Shown here piece by piece: positions 1 to 7,239 of a stretch of 51,819 nt of DNA (position 1 is the stretch's first letter; each line of letters opens with the position of its first letter). Under the pieces are notes generated by a model. That model had not been told where the DNA came from. It saw only the letters and a list, made by a program, of their open reading frames with translations, and did no database searches. The DNA comes from Acidimicrobiales bacterium (GTDB lineage Bacteria; Actinomycetota; Acidimicrobiia; Acidimicrobiales; VFJN01), in NCBI GenBank assembly GCA_051306055.1, contig JBPPMN010000009.1:1-51819 (forward strand). Direction: 5' to 3'. The position numbers were made by a program, and so were the translations under genes.

Positions 1-887
1 GCGCCCTTGCGGTCGACGCCGATGATCTGGGCCACGCCCGCCTCGAGGAGGATCTTGCTGATGGCCACGCCGGCTGCGCCCACGCCGGCGATCACGACCT
101 TGAGCGAGCTCATCGGCTTGTCGACGATGCGGAGCGCGTTCTCGAGCGCCGCCAGGGTGACCACCGCAGTGCCGTGCTGGTCGTCGTGGAACACGGGGAT
201 GTCGAGCAGCTCCTTGAGCCGGTCCTCGATCTCGAAGCAGGCCGGGGCCGCGATGTCTTCGAGGTTGATGCCGCCGAAGACGGGGGCGATGCGCACCACC
301 GTCTCGATGATCTCCTCGGGGGTGGTGACGTCGAGGCAGATGGGGAAGCCGTCGACACCGGCGAAGGCCTTGAACAGGAGCGCCTTGCCCTCCATCACCG
401 GCAGCGCGCCGGCGGGGCCGATGTCGCCGAGGCCCAGCACCGCGGTGCCGTCGGACACGATGGCCACGGTGTTCTTCTTGATGGTGAGCTCGTGGGCCAG
501 CGCCGGTGTCTGCTGGATGGCCGTGCACACGCGGGCCACGCCCGGCGTGTAGGCCATCGACAGGTCGTCGCGGTCGGCCACCGGCATGCGGGCCAGCACC
601 TCGATCTTGCCGCCCTGGTGCATCTCGAAGGTGCGGTCGAGCACCTCCACCACCTCGACGCCGTCGACGGCGCGCACCGCCGCCGTGACCTTCTGGATGT
701 GGTCCTCCGAGGAGCAGTTGACCAGCACGTCTTCGTCGAGGTGGCTGCCGCGCACGTCGAACCCGCCGATGGCGGTGATGTTGCCCCCTACCTCGCCGAT
801 GGCGGTGGCCAGCCGGCCGAGCGTGCCGGGACGGTTGTCGAGCCGGACCCGGAGGCGGATGGAGTAGGCAGCGGTGTTGGTCGCCAT
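1..887 (-). CDS. NAD(P)-dependent malic enzyme with an N-terminal ACT-like domain (5' part only; the C-terminus lies beyond the left edge)
   Basis: Absent from the ORF track because it runs off the window edge. My reverse-complement translation from ATG (887-885) gives MATNTAAYSIRLRVRLDNRPGTLGRLATAIGEVGGNITAIGGFDV..., which looks like an ACT fold. It continues LSMAYTPGVARVC, VAIVSDGTAVLGLGDIGPAGALPVMEGKALLFKAFAGVD, FGGINLEDIAAPACFEIE, VFHDDQHGTAVV and KVVIAGVGAAGVAI. These are canonical malic-enzyme N-terminal and NAD(P)-binding motifs. Confidence 0.85.
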   Translation of the reverse strand, partial: MATNTAAYSIRLRVRLDNRPGTLGRLATAIGEVGGNITAIGGFDVRGSHLDEDVLVNCSSEDHIQKVTAAVRAVDGVEVVEVLDRTFEMHQGGKIEVLARMPVADRDDLSMAYTPGVARVCTAIQQTPALAHELTIKKNTVAIVSDGTAVLGLGDIGPAGALPVMEGKALLFKAFAGVDGFPICLDVTTPEEIIETVVRIAPVFGGINLEDIAAPACFEIEDRLKELLDIPVFHDDQHGTAVVTLAALENALRIVDKPMSSLKVVIAGVGAAGVAISKILLEAGVAQIIGVDRKG

Positions 888-1008
888 GGTCGTCCTGTCG
901 GTGGGAACGGTGGGCGGGCGGGCCCGCCGCACGAGAGGGACGACGGTACCTGACGGCCCCTCAGGCGGGAAAAGCGCGTGCCCGGCTGACGGAACGCGGC
1001 CGGGACGC

Positions 1009-1042
1009 GCCACGACGCCCGGGGCGGACCGGGCGTCGTGGC
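1009..1042 (-). terminator. Stem-loop downstream of the bldC-like gene (14-bp perfect stem, 6-nt loop)
   Basis: GCCACGACGCCCGG (1009-1022), loop GGCGGA, CCGGGCGTCGTGGC (1029-1042). It lies 28 nt beyond the stop at 1070 on the minus strand. There is no adjacent U-tract, which is common for GC-rich actinobacterial terminators. Confidence 0.4.
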
Positions 1043-1069
1043 GAACCTTGGAGATGTGGTGGCGGAGCC

Positions 1070-1276
1070 TCAGCCGGGCTCGTGCGACATCTCCTCGAGG
1101 CAGCGCCGGATCTCGGAGGCCTTGAACCGACGGTGCCCGCCGAGCGTCCGGATCGCGGTGAGCTTCCCGGCGCGCGCCCAGCGGGTCACCGTCTTGGGGT
1201 TGACACGGAACAGGGCGGCCACCTCACTGGGGGTGAGCAGGGCCTCGGGTGCGTCGATGTCGTCGTGCTGCGTCAT
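1070..1276 (-). CDS. bldC: Small MerR/excisionase-type HTH DNA-binding protein, BldC-like
   Basis: The 68-aa product is MTQHDDIDAPEALLTPSEVAALFRVNPKTVTRWARAGKLTAIRTLGGHRRFKASEIRRCL. Its length and the core LLTP.EVA..FRV.PKTVTRWA.AGKL..IRTLGGHRR match the Streptomyces BldC family. GAGGA lies 7 nt upstream of the ATG. Confidence 0.8.
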   Translation of the reverse strand: MTQHDDIDAPEALLTPSEVAALFRVNPKTVTRWARAGKLTAIRTLGGHRRFKASEIRRCLEEMSHEPG

Positions 1277-1371
1277 GGTGCGTCCTCGATGGTGCGGTTC
1301 CGGCGACCACGCTCAGAGGTGGCGTGTTGTCCGTTTCAGCCATAAACGTAGGGAGTCGGGTGCCTTCGGCC

Positions 1372-1391
1372 AATGGCCCGATCGGGCCATT
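1372..1391. promoter_or_regulatory. 20-bp perfect palindrome in the divergent bldC-like / dehydrogenase intergenic region (candidate operator)
   Basis: AATGGCCCGA|TCGGGCCATT is its own reverse complement. It sits in a locally lower-GC 189-bp intergenic region, 75 nt upstream of ATG 1466 and 96 nt upstream of ATG 1276. Confidence 0.4.
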
Positions 1392-1450
1392 TGGGGCTGG
1401 ATGGGTGACTAGTCATGGTTCACACCCGGGCTGGGGAGGGGCCTCATGGG

Positions 1451-1456
1451 TAGGTT
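1451..1456 (+). promoter_or_regulatory. Putative -10 element (TAGGTT, TAnnnT class) 9 nt before ATG 1466
   Basis: GGGTAGGTT followed by ggcccaggg and then ATG. There is no Shine-Dalgarno in between, which is consistent with a leaderless or near-leaderless transcript. Confidence 0.3.
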
Positions 1457-1465
1457 GGCCCAGGG

Positions 1466-2527
1466 ATGACCGGACCGATGGCGATCATGGAAGCCGACGG
1501 CTTCGAAGAGGTGGTCTACGGCCACGACCAGGCCACGGGGCTGCGGGCCATCATCGCCGTCCACTCGACCGTGCTCGGGCCCGGCCTCGGCGGCACCCGC
1601 TTCTACCCCTTCGCCGACGAGGGTGCGGCGCTGATCGACGTGTGCCGCCTGGCCAAGGGGATGACCTACAAGCACGCGGCCGCCGGGCTCGACCAGGGCG
1701 GCGGCAAGGCCGTGATCCTCGGCGACCCCGCCGTCACCCGCACCGATGCGCTGATCATCGCCTACGCCCGCATCGTCGACAGCCTCTCGGGCCGCTACGT
1801 GACGGCCGAGGACGTCGGCACCACCCAGGCCGACATGGACCTCATCCGCACGATCACCCCCCACGTGACCGGCGTGAGCGAGCACCTCGGCGGGTCGGGC
1901 GACCCCTCGCCGGCCACCGCCCTCGGCGTGCTGGCCGCCATGGAGGCGGTGGCCGAGCGGCTCTGGGGCTCCTCCCTGGCCGATCGGCACGTGTGCATCG
2001 CGGGGGTGGGCAAGGTGGGAGCGGCGCTGGCCGACCACCTCCACGCCGCGGGGGCCCGCCTCACGGTGGCCGACGTCCGACCCGAGGCCGCCGCCGTGGT
2101 CGCAGAGCGCACGGGCGCCGCGGTGGTCGACCCGGCGGAGGCCCACCGCGTCGCCTGCGACATCTATGCGCCGTGCGCCATGGGCGGGGCGCTCTCTGAG
2201 CGCTCCATCCCGGAGCTGGGCTGTACGGCAGTGGTCGGATCGGCCAACAACCAGCTGGCAACCGAGCAGGATGACCAGCGGATGGCCACATCCGGTGTGC
2301 TCTACGCGCCCGACTACGTGGTGAACGCCGGCGGAGTGATCAACATCGCCCACGAACGAGGCGGCTACGATCGCTCACGTGCCGAGGAGCGCATCCGGGG
2401 GATCCGCCACACCGTCCTCCAGGTGCTCGACCTGGCCGAGGCCGAAGGGGTCACCACCGCAGAGGCGGCCGACCTCCTCGCCGAGCGTCGGATCGAGGCG
2501 GCACGAGCGGAGCGGGCGGGCACCTAG
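1466..2527 (+). CDS. Leucine/valine dehydrogenase (Glu/Leu/Phe/Val dehydrogenase family)
   Basis: Motifs: ATGLRAIIAVHSTVLGPGLGGTRFYPF, KGMTYKHAAAGLDQGGGKAVILGDP, and the Rossmann motif IAGVGKVGAALADHL. The start could instead be the in-frame ATG at 1478 or 1487. Confidence 0.9.
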   Translation: MTGPMAIMEADGFEEVVYGHDQATGLRAIIAVHSTVLGPGLGGTRFYPFADEGAALIDVCRLAKGMTYKHAAAGLDQGGGKAVILGDPAVTRTDALIIAYARIVDSLSGRYVTAEDVGTTQADMDLIRTITPHVTGVSEHLGGSGDPSPATALGVLAAMEAVAERLWGSSLADRHVCIAGVGKVGAALADHLHAAGARLTVADVRPEAAAVVAERTGAAVVDPAEAHRVACDIYAPCAMGGALSERSIPELGCTAVVGSANNQLATEQDDQRMATSGVLYAPDYVVNAGGVINIAHERGGYDRSRAEERIRGIRHTVLQVLDLAEAEGVTTAEAADLLAERRIEAARAERAGT

Positions 2528-2554
2528 CCAACGACCGAACAGGGGGGCCATCGG

Positions 2555-4738
2555 ATGGCCGGCACCGACGTAGAGGCGACGGACGAGACCACCGGCGAGG
2601 CGGCTGTCCCACCGGACGTCGAACCGGCCCGTCCCAGCGGAGGCCCCGTGCCGACGGGCGACGACCTCTCGGTGCTCCACCTCCACGACCGCCACTCCGA
2701 TCTCGGCCTCACCGCCGACGACCTGCTGGGGATGTACCGCACCATCCTCACCGCTCGCCTGCTCGACAAGAAGGTGTGGAGCCTGAACCGCATGGGCAAG
2801 GCCGCCTTCGTGGTGTCGGGCCAGGGCCACGAGGGGGCGCAGGTGGGCTCGGCCTGGGCCCTGCGGGCCGGCCACGACATCGCCCTGCCCTACTACCGCG
2901 ACACCGGCGTGATGCTCACCCTCGGCATGTCGGTCGAGCAGATCCTCCTGGCCGTGCTGGCCCGGGCCGACGACCCGAACAGCGGCGGCCGCCAGATGCC
3001 CAACCACTGGGGCTGGGCCGAGGGCAACGTCATCACCGGGTCGTCTCCGATCGCCACCCACCTTCCCCACGCCGCCGGGCTGGCCTACGCAGCCAAGCTC
3101 CGCAAGGAAGACCGTGTGGCGGTGAGCTGGTTCGGGGAGGGCGCCACCTCCAAGGGCGACTTCCACGAGGCCCTCAACTTCGCCGGCATCCACCAGCTCC
3201 CGATGGTGTTCGTGTGCGAGAACAACGGCTACGCCATCTCGGTGCCGATGCGCAACGAATCGGCCGTCGACGACGTGGCCGACCGAGCCCACAGCTACGG
3301 CTTCGGTGGGGTGATCGTCGACGGCAACGACCCGCTCGACACCTACGCCGCCGTGCACTCCGCCGTGCGGCGAGCCCGCCGGGGCGACGGGCCCACCCTC
3401 GTCGAGTGCAAGACCTACCGCTACCTGGCCCACACCTCCGACGACGACGACCGCACCTACCGGACTCCCCAGGAGGTCGAGGCCTGGCGGAAGAAGGACC
3501 CGCTGCGGCGCATCACGCAGTACCTGATCGAGCAGCGCCTGCTGTCGGAGGCGGAGGAAGACCGCATCGAGACCGAGGTGAAGGAGGAGGTCGACCGGGC
3601 GGCCAAGGCCGCGGAGGCGGCCGCGGTGCCCGAGGCCCGCACCGCCTACACCAAGGTGTTCGCCCGCCCCATCCACCGCACGCCGGGGGCACCCGACGAC
3701 CTCGACGAGGAGCGCACCGCGCCCATCGCCGCGCCCGTCCCCGAGGGCGGCACCGACCGCAACATCGTCGACACCATCCGCTGGACCCAGCAGCAGCTCC
3801 TCGCCGGCGACGAGCGCGTGGTGCTGCTCGGCGAGGACGTGGGCCCGCGCGGCGGCGTCTTCCGGGCCACCGACGGCCTGGCCGAGGAGTTCGGCGAGGG
3901 TCGGGTGTTCGACACGCCGCTGGCCGAGAGCTCGATCATCGGCATCGGCATCGGCCTGGCCCTGGCCGGTCTCCGGCCCATCGCCGAGATCCAGTTCGCC
4001 GACTTCATCCACTCCGGCTTCGACCAGCTCGTCTCGGAGGCCGCCCGCATCCACTACCGCTCCGACGGCGACTTCGCCGTGCCCTTGGTGGTGCGAGCCC
4101 CGTGGGGCGGCGGGGTGCACGGGGCGCTCTACCACTCGCAGTCGATCGAGGCGACCTACGCCCACATCCCGGGACTGAAGGTGGTGGTGCCCTCCACGCC
4201 GGCCGACGTGTGCGGCCTGCTGCGCTCCGCCATCGACGACCCCGACCCGGTGCTGTTCCTCGAGCACAAGAAGACCTACCGCCTGATCACCGGCCCCGTC
4301 CCCGACGACGCCGGATGGCGGGTGCCGATCGGCCTGGCCGAGGTGGCGCGGGCGGGCGACGACCTCACCGTGGTCACCTACGGCCTCCACCGCCACCTCT
4401 GCCTCGAGGCGGCCCAGCACCTGGCCGACGAAGCCGGAGCGTCGATCGAGGTGGTCGACCTGCGCACGATCAGCCCGCTCGATCGCGCCACGGTGCTCAC
4501 CAGCGTGGCCAAGACAGGCCGCTGCCTGGTGGTGCACGAGGACAACGTGAGCTTCGGCGTGGGCGCCGAGGTGGCGGCCGTCGTCGCCGAGGAGGCCTTC
4601 TGGGACCTCGACGCTCCCGTGCGCCGGCTGGCCACCGCCGACGTCCCCAGCTACCCCTTCGCGGCACCGCTGGAGGCCGAGCTCTTCGTCGACACCCCCA
4701 AGATCGTGGCGGCCATGCAGGCCATGCTCGAGCTCTGA
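2555..4738 (+). CDS. Fused E1 alpha + E1 beta component of a (branched-chain) 2-oxoacid dehydrogenase, TPP-dependent
   Basis: The N-terminal half has E1-alpha motifs: GQGHEGAQVG, YYRDTGVML, GEGATSKGDFHEALNFAGIHQLPMVFVCENNGYAIS, YRYLAHTSDDDD. After a Pro/Asp-rich linker come E1-beta motifs: VVLLGEDVGPRGGVFRATDGLAEEFGEGRVFDTPLAESSIIG, EIQFADFI, VVRAPWGGGVHGALYHSQS, VVDLRTISPLD. All of this is a single 727-aa ORF. Confidence 0.85.
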   Translation: MAGTDVEATDETTGEAAVPPDVEPARPSGGPVPTGDDLSVLHLHDRHSDLGLTADDLLGMYRTILTARLLDKKVWSLNRMGKAAFVVSGQGHEGAQVGSAWALRAGHDIALPYYRDTGVMLTLGMSVEQILLAVLARADDPNSGGRQMPNHWGWAEGNVITGSSPIATHLPHAAGLAYAAKLRKEDRVAVSWFGEGATSKGDFHEALNFAGIHQLPMVFVCENNGYAISVPMRNESAVDDVADRAHSYGFGGVIVDGNDPLDTYAAVHSAVRRARRGDGPTLVECKTYRYLAHTSDDDDRTYRTPQEVEAWRKKDPLRRITQYLIEQRLLSEAEEDRIETEVKEEVDRAAKAAEAAAVPEARTAYTKVFARPIHRTPGAPDDLDEERTAPIAAPVPEGGTDRNIVDTIRWTQQQLLAGDERVVLLGEDVGPRGGVFRATDGLAEEFGEGRVFDTPLAESSIIGIGIGLALAGLRPIAEIQFADFIHSGFDQLVSEAARIHYRSDGDFAVPLVVRAPWGGGVHGALYHSQSIEATYAHIPGLKVVVPSTPADVCGLLRSAIDDPDPVLFLEHKKTYRLITGPVPDDAGWRVPIGLAEVARAGDDLTVVTYGLHRHLCLEAAQHLADEAGASIEVVDLRTISPLDRATVLTSVAKTGRCLVVHEDNVSFGVGAEVAAVVAEEAFWDLDAPVRRLATADVPSYPFAAPLEAELFVDTPKIVAAMQAMLEL

Positions 4739-4743
4739 ACCCC

Positions 4744-5292
4744 TCAGCCCTCGTAGCCGAAGCCGAGGTCGGGGGCGGTCACGAGGGCCATGAGCGGCAG
4801 GTCGTGCTCGGCCGCCATGGCTGCCACGGTGCCGCCGCGATCGACCACGGGGAGGAGCAGGACCGGCTCGGCGCCGGCCTCCCGCACGACCTGGGCGGCC
4901 TCGAGCATCGACACCCCCCGGGTGACGGCGTCTTCGGTGATGACCACCTTGTCGCCCGGCTCGAGGGCCCCGGCGATGCGGCCGCCCCCGCCGTGGCCCT
5001 TCACCTCCTTGCGTACGCTGAAGCTGCGCAGGTCGCGGCCGCGTGTGGCGGCGATGGCCGCGATCCCGAAGGCCACCGCGTCGGCGCCCATCGTGAGGCC
5101 GCCGATGGCGGTGACGTCGGGGGGGATCACGGCGAGGGCGGCGTCGGCCACGAGCAGCATCCCGTCGGGCCGGCAGGTGGTCTGCTTGGCGTCGATGAAC
5201 CAGCTGCTGCGCTTGCCGCTCTTCAGGGTGAACTCGCCTCGGCGGACGCTGTGCTCGAGGAGGTGGGCGACGAGTGGGGACGGATCGGTCAT
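4744..5292 (-). CDS. pyrE: Orotate phosphoribosyltransferase
   Basis: MTDPSPLVAHLLEHSVRRGEFTLKSGKRSSWFIDAK..., the PRPP loop KVVITEDAVTRGVS, and VLLLPVVDRG. I trimmed the track ORF (4744..5556) to the ATG at 5292, which forms an ATGA overlap with the upstream stop. Confidence 0.9.
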   Translation of the reverse strand: MTDPSPLVAHLLEHSVRRGEFTLKSGKRSSWFIDAKQTTCRPDGMLLVADAALAVIPPDVTAIGGLTMGADAVAFGIAAIAATRGRDLRSFSVRKEVKGHGGGGRIAGALEPGDKVVITEDAVTRGVSMLEAAQVVREAGAEPVLLLPVVDRGGTVAAMAAEHDLPLMALVTAPDLGFGYEG

Positions 5293-5774
5293 GCGGGCTC
5301 CCGGTGGGGGTGCAGGGACAGGGCGGTGGCCACCGCCAGCACGAGGGCGGCGGCGGTGGTGAGCACGACGTTGCGCTGGACGAGACGGCGACGGCCGGGG
5401 TCGTCGATGCCGCTGGTCACGGCCTCGAACTGGGCCTCCGACAGCAGCTGCTGGCCGCCGTTGGGGCTGCGGTCGTCGACGAAGACGGGCCGCGCGCCGC
5501 GCTGGGACACCGACACCTGGATCGTCCCGCCCTCCACCGCGGCGAAGGCCTGCCACACAGGCGTGCGCTGTCCCCCGCGCGGCTCGTAGCTGCTGGCCAG
5601 CGGATCGGGAGCCACCGTGGCCGGCACCCCGGCGCCCGCGAGCGCTCGAGCCACCGCATCGGCCGCCTCCTCAGCGGTGACGGGCGGCGGGTCCTCCCAC
5701 CAGGCCACGGCGACGCACCCGATGGCCACGGCGGCGACGACCAGGAGGCCGGCGCCGACGGCCCGGCGCCTCAC
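5289..5774 (-). CDS. Hypothetical membrane protein (N- and C-terminal hydrophobic segments)
   Basis: 161 aa with two hydrophobic helices, AVGAGLLVVAAVAIGCVAVAWW and VVLTTAAALVLAVATALSL. It has 4-nt overlaps with both neighbours, the receiver stop and the pyrE start. I recognise no family. Confidence 0.5.
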   Translation of the reverse strand: MRRRAVGAGLLVVAAVAIGCVAVAWWEDPPPVTAEEAADAVARALAGAGVPATVAPDPLASSYEPRGGQRTPVWQAFAAVEGGTIQVSVSQRGARPVFVDDRSPNGGQQLLSEAQFEAVTSGIDDPGRRRLVQRNVVLTTAAALVLAVATALSLHPHREPA

Positions 5775-6190
5775 GATCGACGGGCTCGCGCCAGGCGGCC
5801 CTGCCGGTACTGCTCGCGCTCGTCGACGTCGACCAGGAGGACGGCGTCGACCAGGCGGATCAGCCAGCCGGGATCGAAGGGCTTGGGGATGACGTCGAGG
5901 GCGCCGAGCTCGAGCAGCTCCACCACATGGCGGTCGTCGTCGCTCGACATGGCGGTGATCACCACCACCGGCGGCGCCTCCGCGAGGTCGAGCGCCTGCA
6001 GCACGCCACGCCCGTCGAGCACCGGCATCATGATGTCGAGCAGCACGAGATCGGGTGGTGCCGCCTCGATGGCGGCGAGGGCGGCTGCACCGTCGCCGGC
6101 CTCGCTGATCTGATGGCCCTCCACCGACAGCTCGAGGCGGAGGAGGAGCCGGATGTCGGGGTCGTCGTCGACCACCAGGAGGTGCGCCAT
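5771..6190 (-). CDS. Single-domain response regulator (CheY-like receiver, no output domain)
   Basis: HLLVVDDDPDIRLLL, the phospho-acceptor context DLVLLDIMMPVLDG, VVVITAMS and VIPKPFD. Confidence 0.85.
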   Translation of the reverse strand: MAHLLVVDDDPDIRLLLRLELSVEGHQISEAGDGAAALAAIEAAPPDLVLLDIMMPVLDGRGVLQALDLAEAPPVVVITAMSSDDDRHVVELLELGALDVIPKPFDPGWLIRLVDAVLLVDVDEREQYRQGRLARARRS

Positions 6191-6196
6191 AGGGGG

Positions 6197-7228
6197 CTAC
6201 TCGAAGCGGACCTGACCGTGTCCGGGCACGACCTGGCCGATCTCGCTGGCCCGGTGGCCGTCGGCCCGCAGCAGGTCGAGGGTGCGGTGCGCCTCCTCCT
6301 GCGCCACGACCACCACCATCCCCACGCCGAGGTTGAACACCTTGCGCATCTCGTCGTCGGTGACGCCGCCCAGGCGCTGGATCTCACCGAAGATGCGGGG
6401 CGCCTCCCAAGTGCTCGGGTCGACGACGGCATCGGCGTCCTCGGGCAGCACCCGCACCAGGTTGCCGGGCAGGCCGCCGCCGGTGATGTGGGCGATGGCG
6501 CGCACGTCGACGTGGCGGAGCAGCTCGGCGATGGCGGGTGCGTAGACCACCGACGGCACCAGCAGCTCCTCACCCAGGCTGTGCGGCGCCCCGGCCCAGG
6601 CGGGCTCGTCGAGGGCTCGCCCTGCGTCCTCGAGCAGCACCTTGCGGGCCAGCGAGTAGCCGTTGGAGCGCAGTCCGGGCGAGGGCAGCGCGATGAGCAC
6701 ATCGCCGGTGCCCACGTGCTCGCCGGTGATGAGGCGATCGCGCTCGGCCACGCCCACTGCGAAGCCCACGAGGTCGAACTCGCCCGGCTCCATGGCCCCG
6801 GGGTGCTCCGCCATCTCCCCGCCGATCAGGGCGCAACCGGCCTGGCGGCAACCGTGGGCCACGCCCTCCACCAGCTGCTCGATGTGGTCGGGGTCGAGCT
6901 TGCCGACAGCGATGTAGTCGAGGAAGAAGAGGGGCTCGGCCCCCTGGCACACCAGGTCGTCGACGCACATGGCCACGAGGTCGATCCCGATGGTGTCGAA
7001 GCGGCCGATGGCCTGGGCCACCAGTGCCTTGGTGCCGACCCCGTCGGTGGACGACACCAGCACCGGGTGGGTGTAGCGGTGGCTGGCGAACTCGAACAGG
7101 CCACCGAAGCCACCGATGTCGCCGATCACCTCGGGCCGGAACGTGGAGCGCACCTTGGCCTTGATGCGCTCGACGGCCTCCTCGCCGGCGGAGATGCTGA
7201 CGCCCGCGTCTTCGTAGCTGGTGCCCAC
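6197..7228 (-). CDS. purM: Phosphoribosylformylglycinamidine cyclo-ligase (AIR synthetase)
   Basis: VGTSYEDAGVSISAGEEAVERIK, IGGFGGLFEF, LVSSTDGVGTK, DLVAMCVDDLVCQGAEPLFFLDY, GCALIGGEMAEHPG. The track ORF (6197..8122) runs through purF in another frame. I trimmed it to the in-frame GTG at 7228, 12 nt after the purF stop. Confidence 0.9.
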   Translation of the reverse strand: MGTSYEDAGVSISAGEEAVERIKAKVRSTFRPEVIGDIGGFGGLFEFASHRYTHPVLVSSTDGVGTKALVAQAIGRFDTIGIDLVAMCVDDLVCQGAEPLFFLDYIAVGKLDPDHIEQLVEGVAHGCRQAGCALIGGEMAEHPGAMEPGEFDLVGFAVGVAERDRLITGEHVGTGDVLIALPSPGLRSNGYSLARKVLLEDAGRALDEPAWAGAPHSLGEELLVPSVVYAPAIAELLRHVDVRAIAHITGGGLPGNLVRVLPEDADAVVDPSTWEAPRIFGEIQRLGGVTDDEMRKVFNLGVGMVVVVAQEEAHRTLDLLRADGHRASEIGQVVPGHGQVRFE

Positions 7229-7239
7229 GGCCCCTGTTC

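Noticed and set aside
2375-4537. 720-aa minus-strand ORF antisense to the E1 alpha-beta gene.
   Set aside because: It has the Gly/Ala/Val/His/Arg-rich composition typical of the antisense frame of a high-GC gene. It has no recognisable motifs. It fully overlaps a confidently identified gene.
2776-5589. 937-aa plus-strand ORF spanning the E1 gene, pyrE and beyond.
   Set aside because: It is an extremely Arg/Pro/Gly-rich, low-complexity, out-of-frame read-through across two convergent real genes. This is a GC-rich frame artefact.
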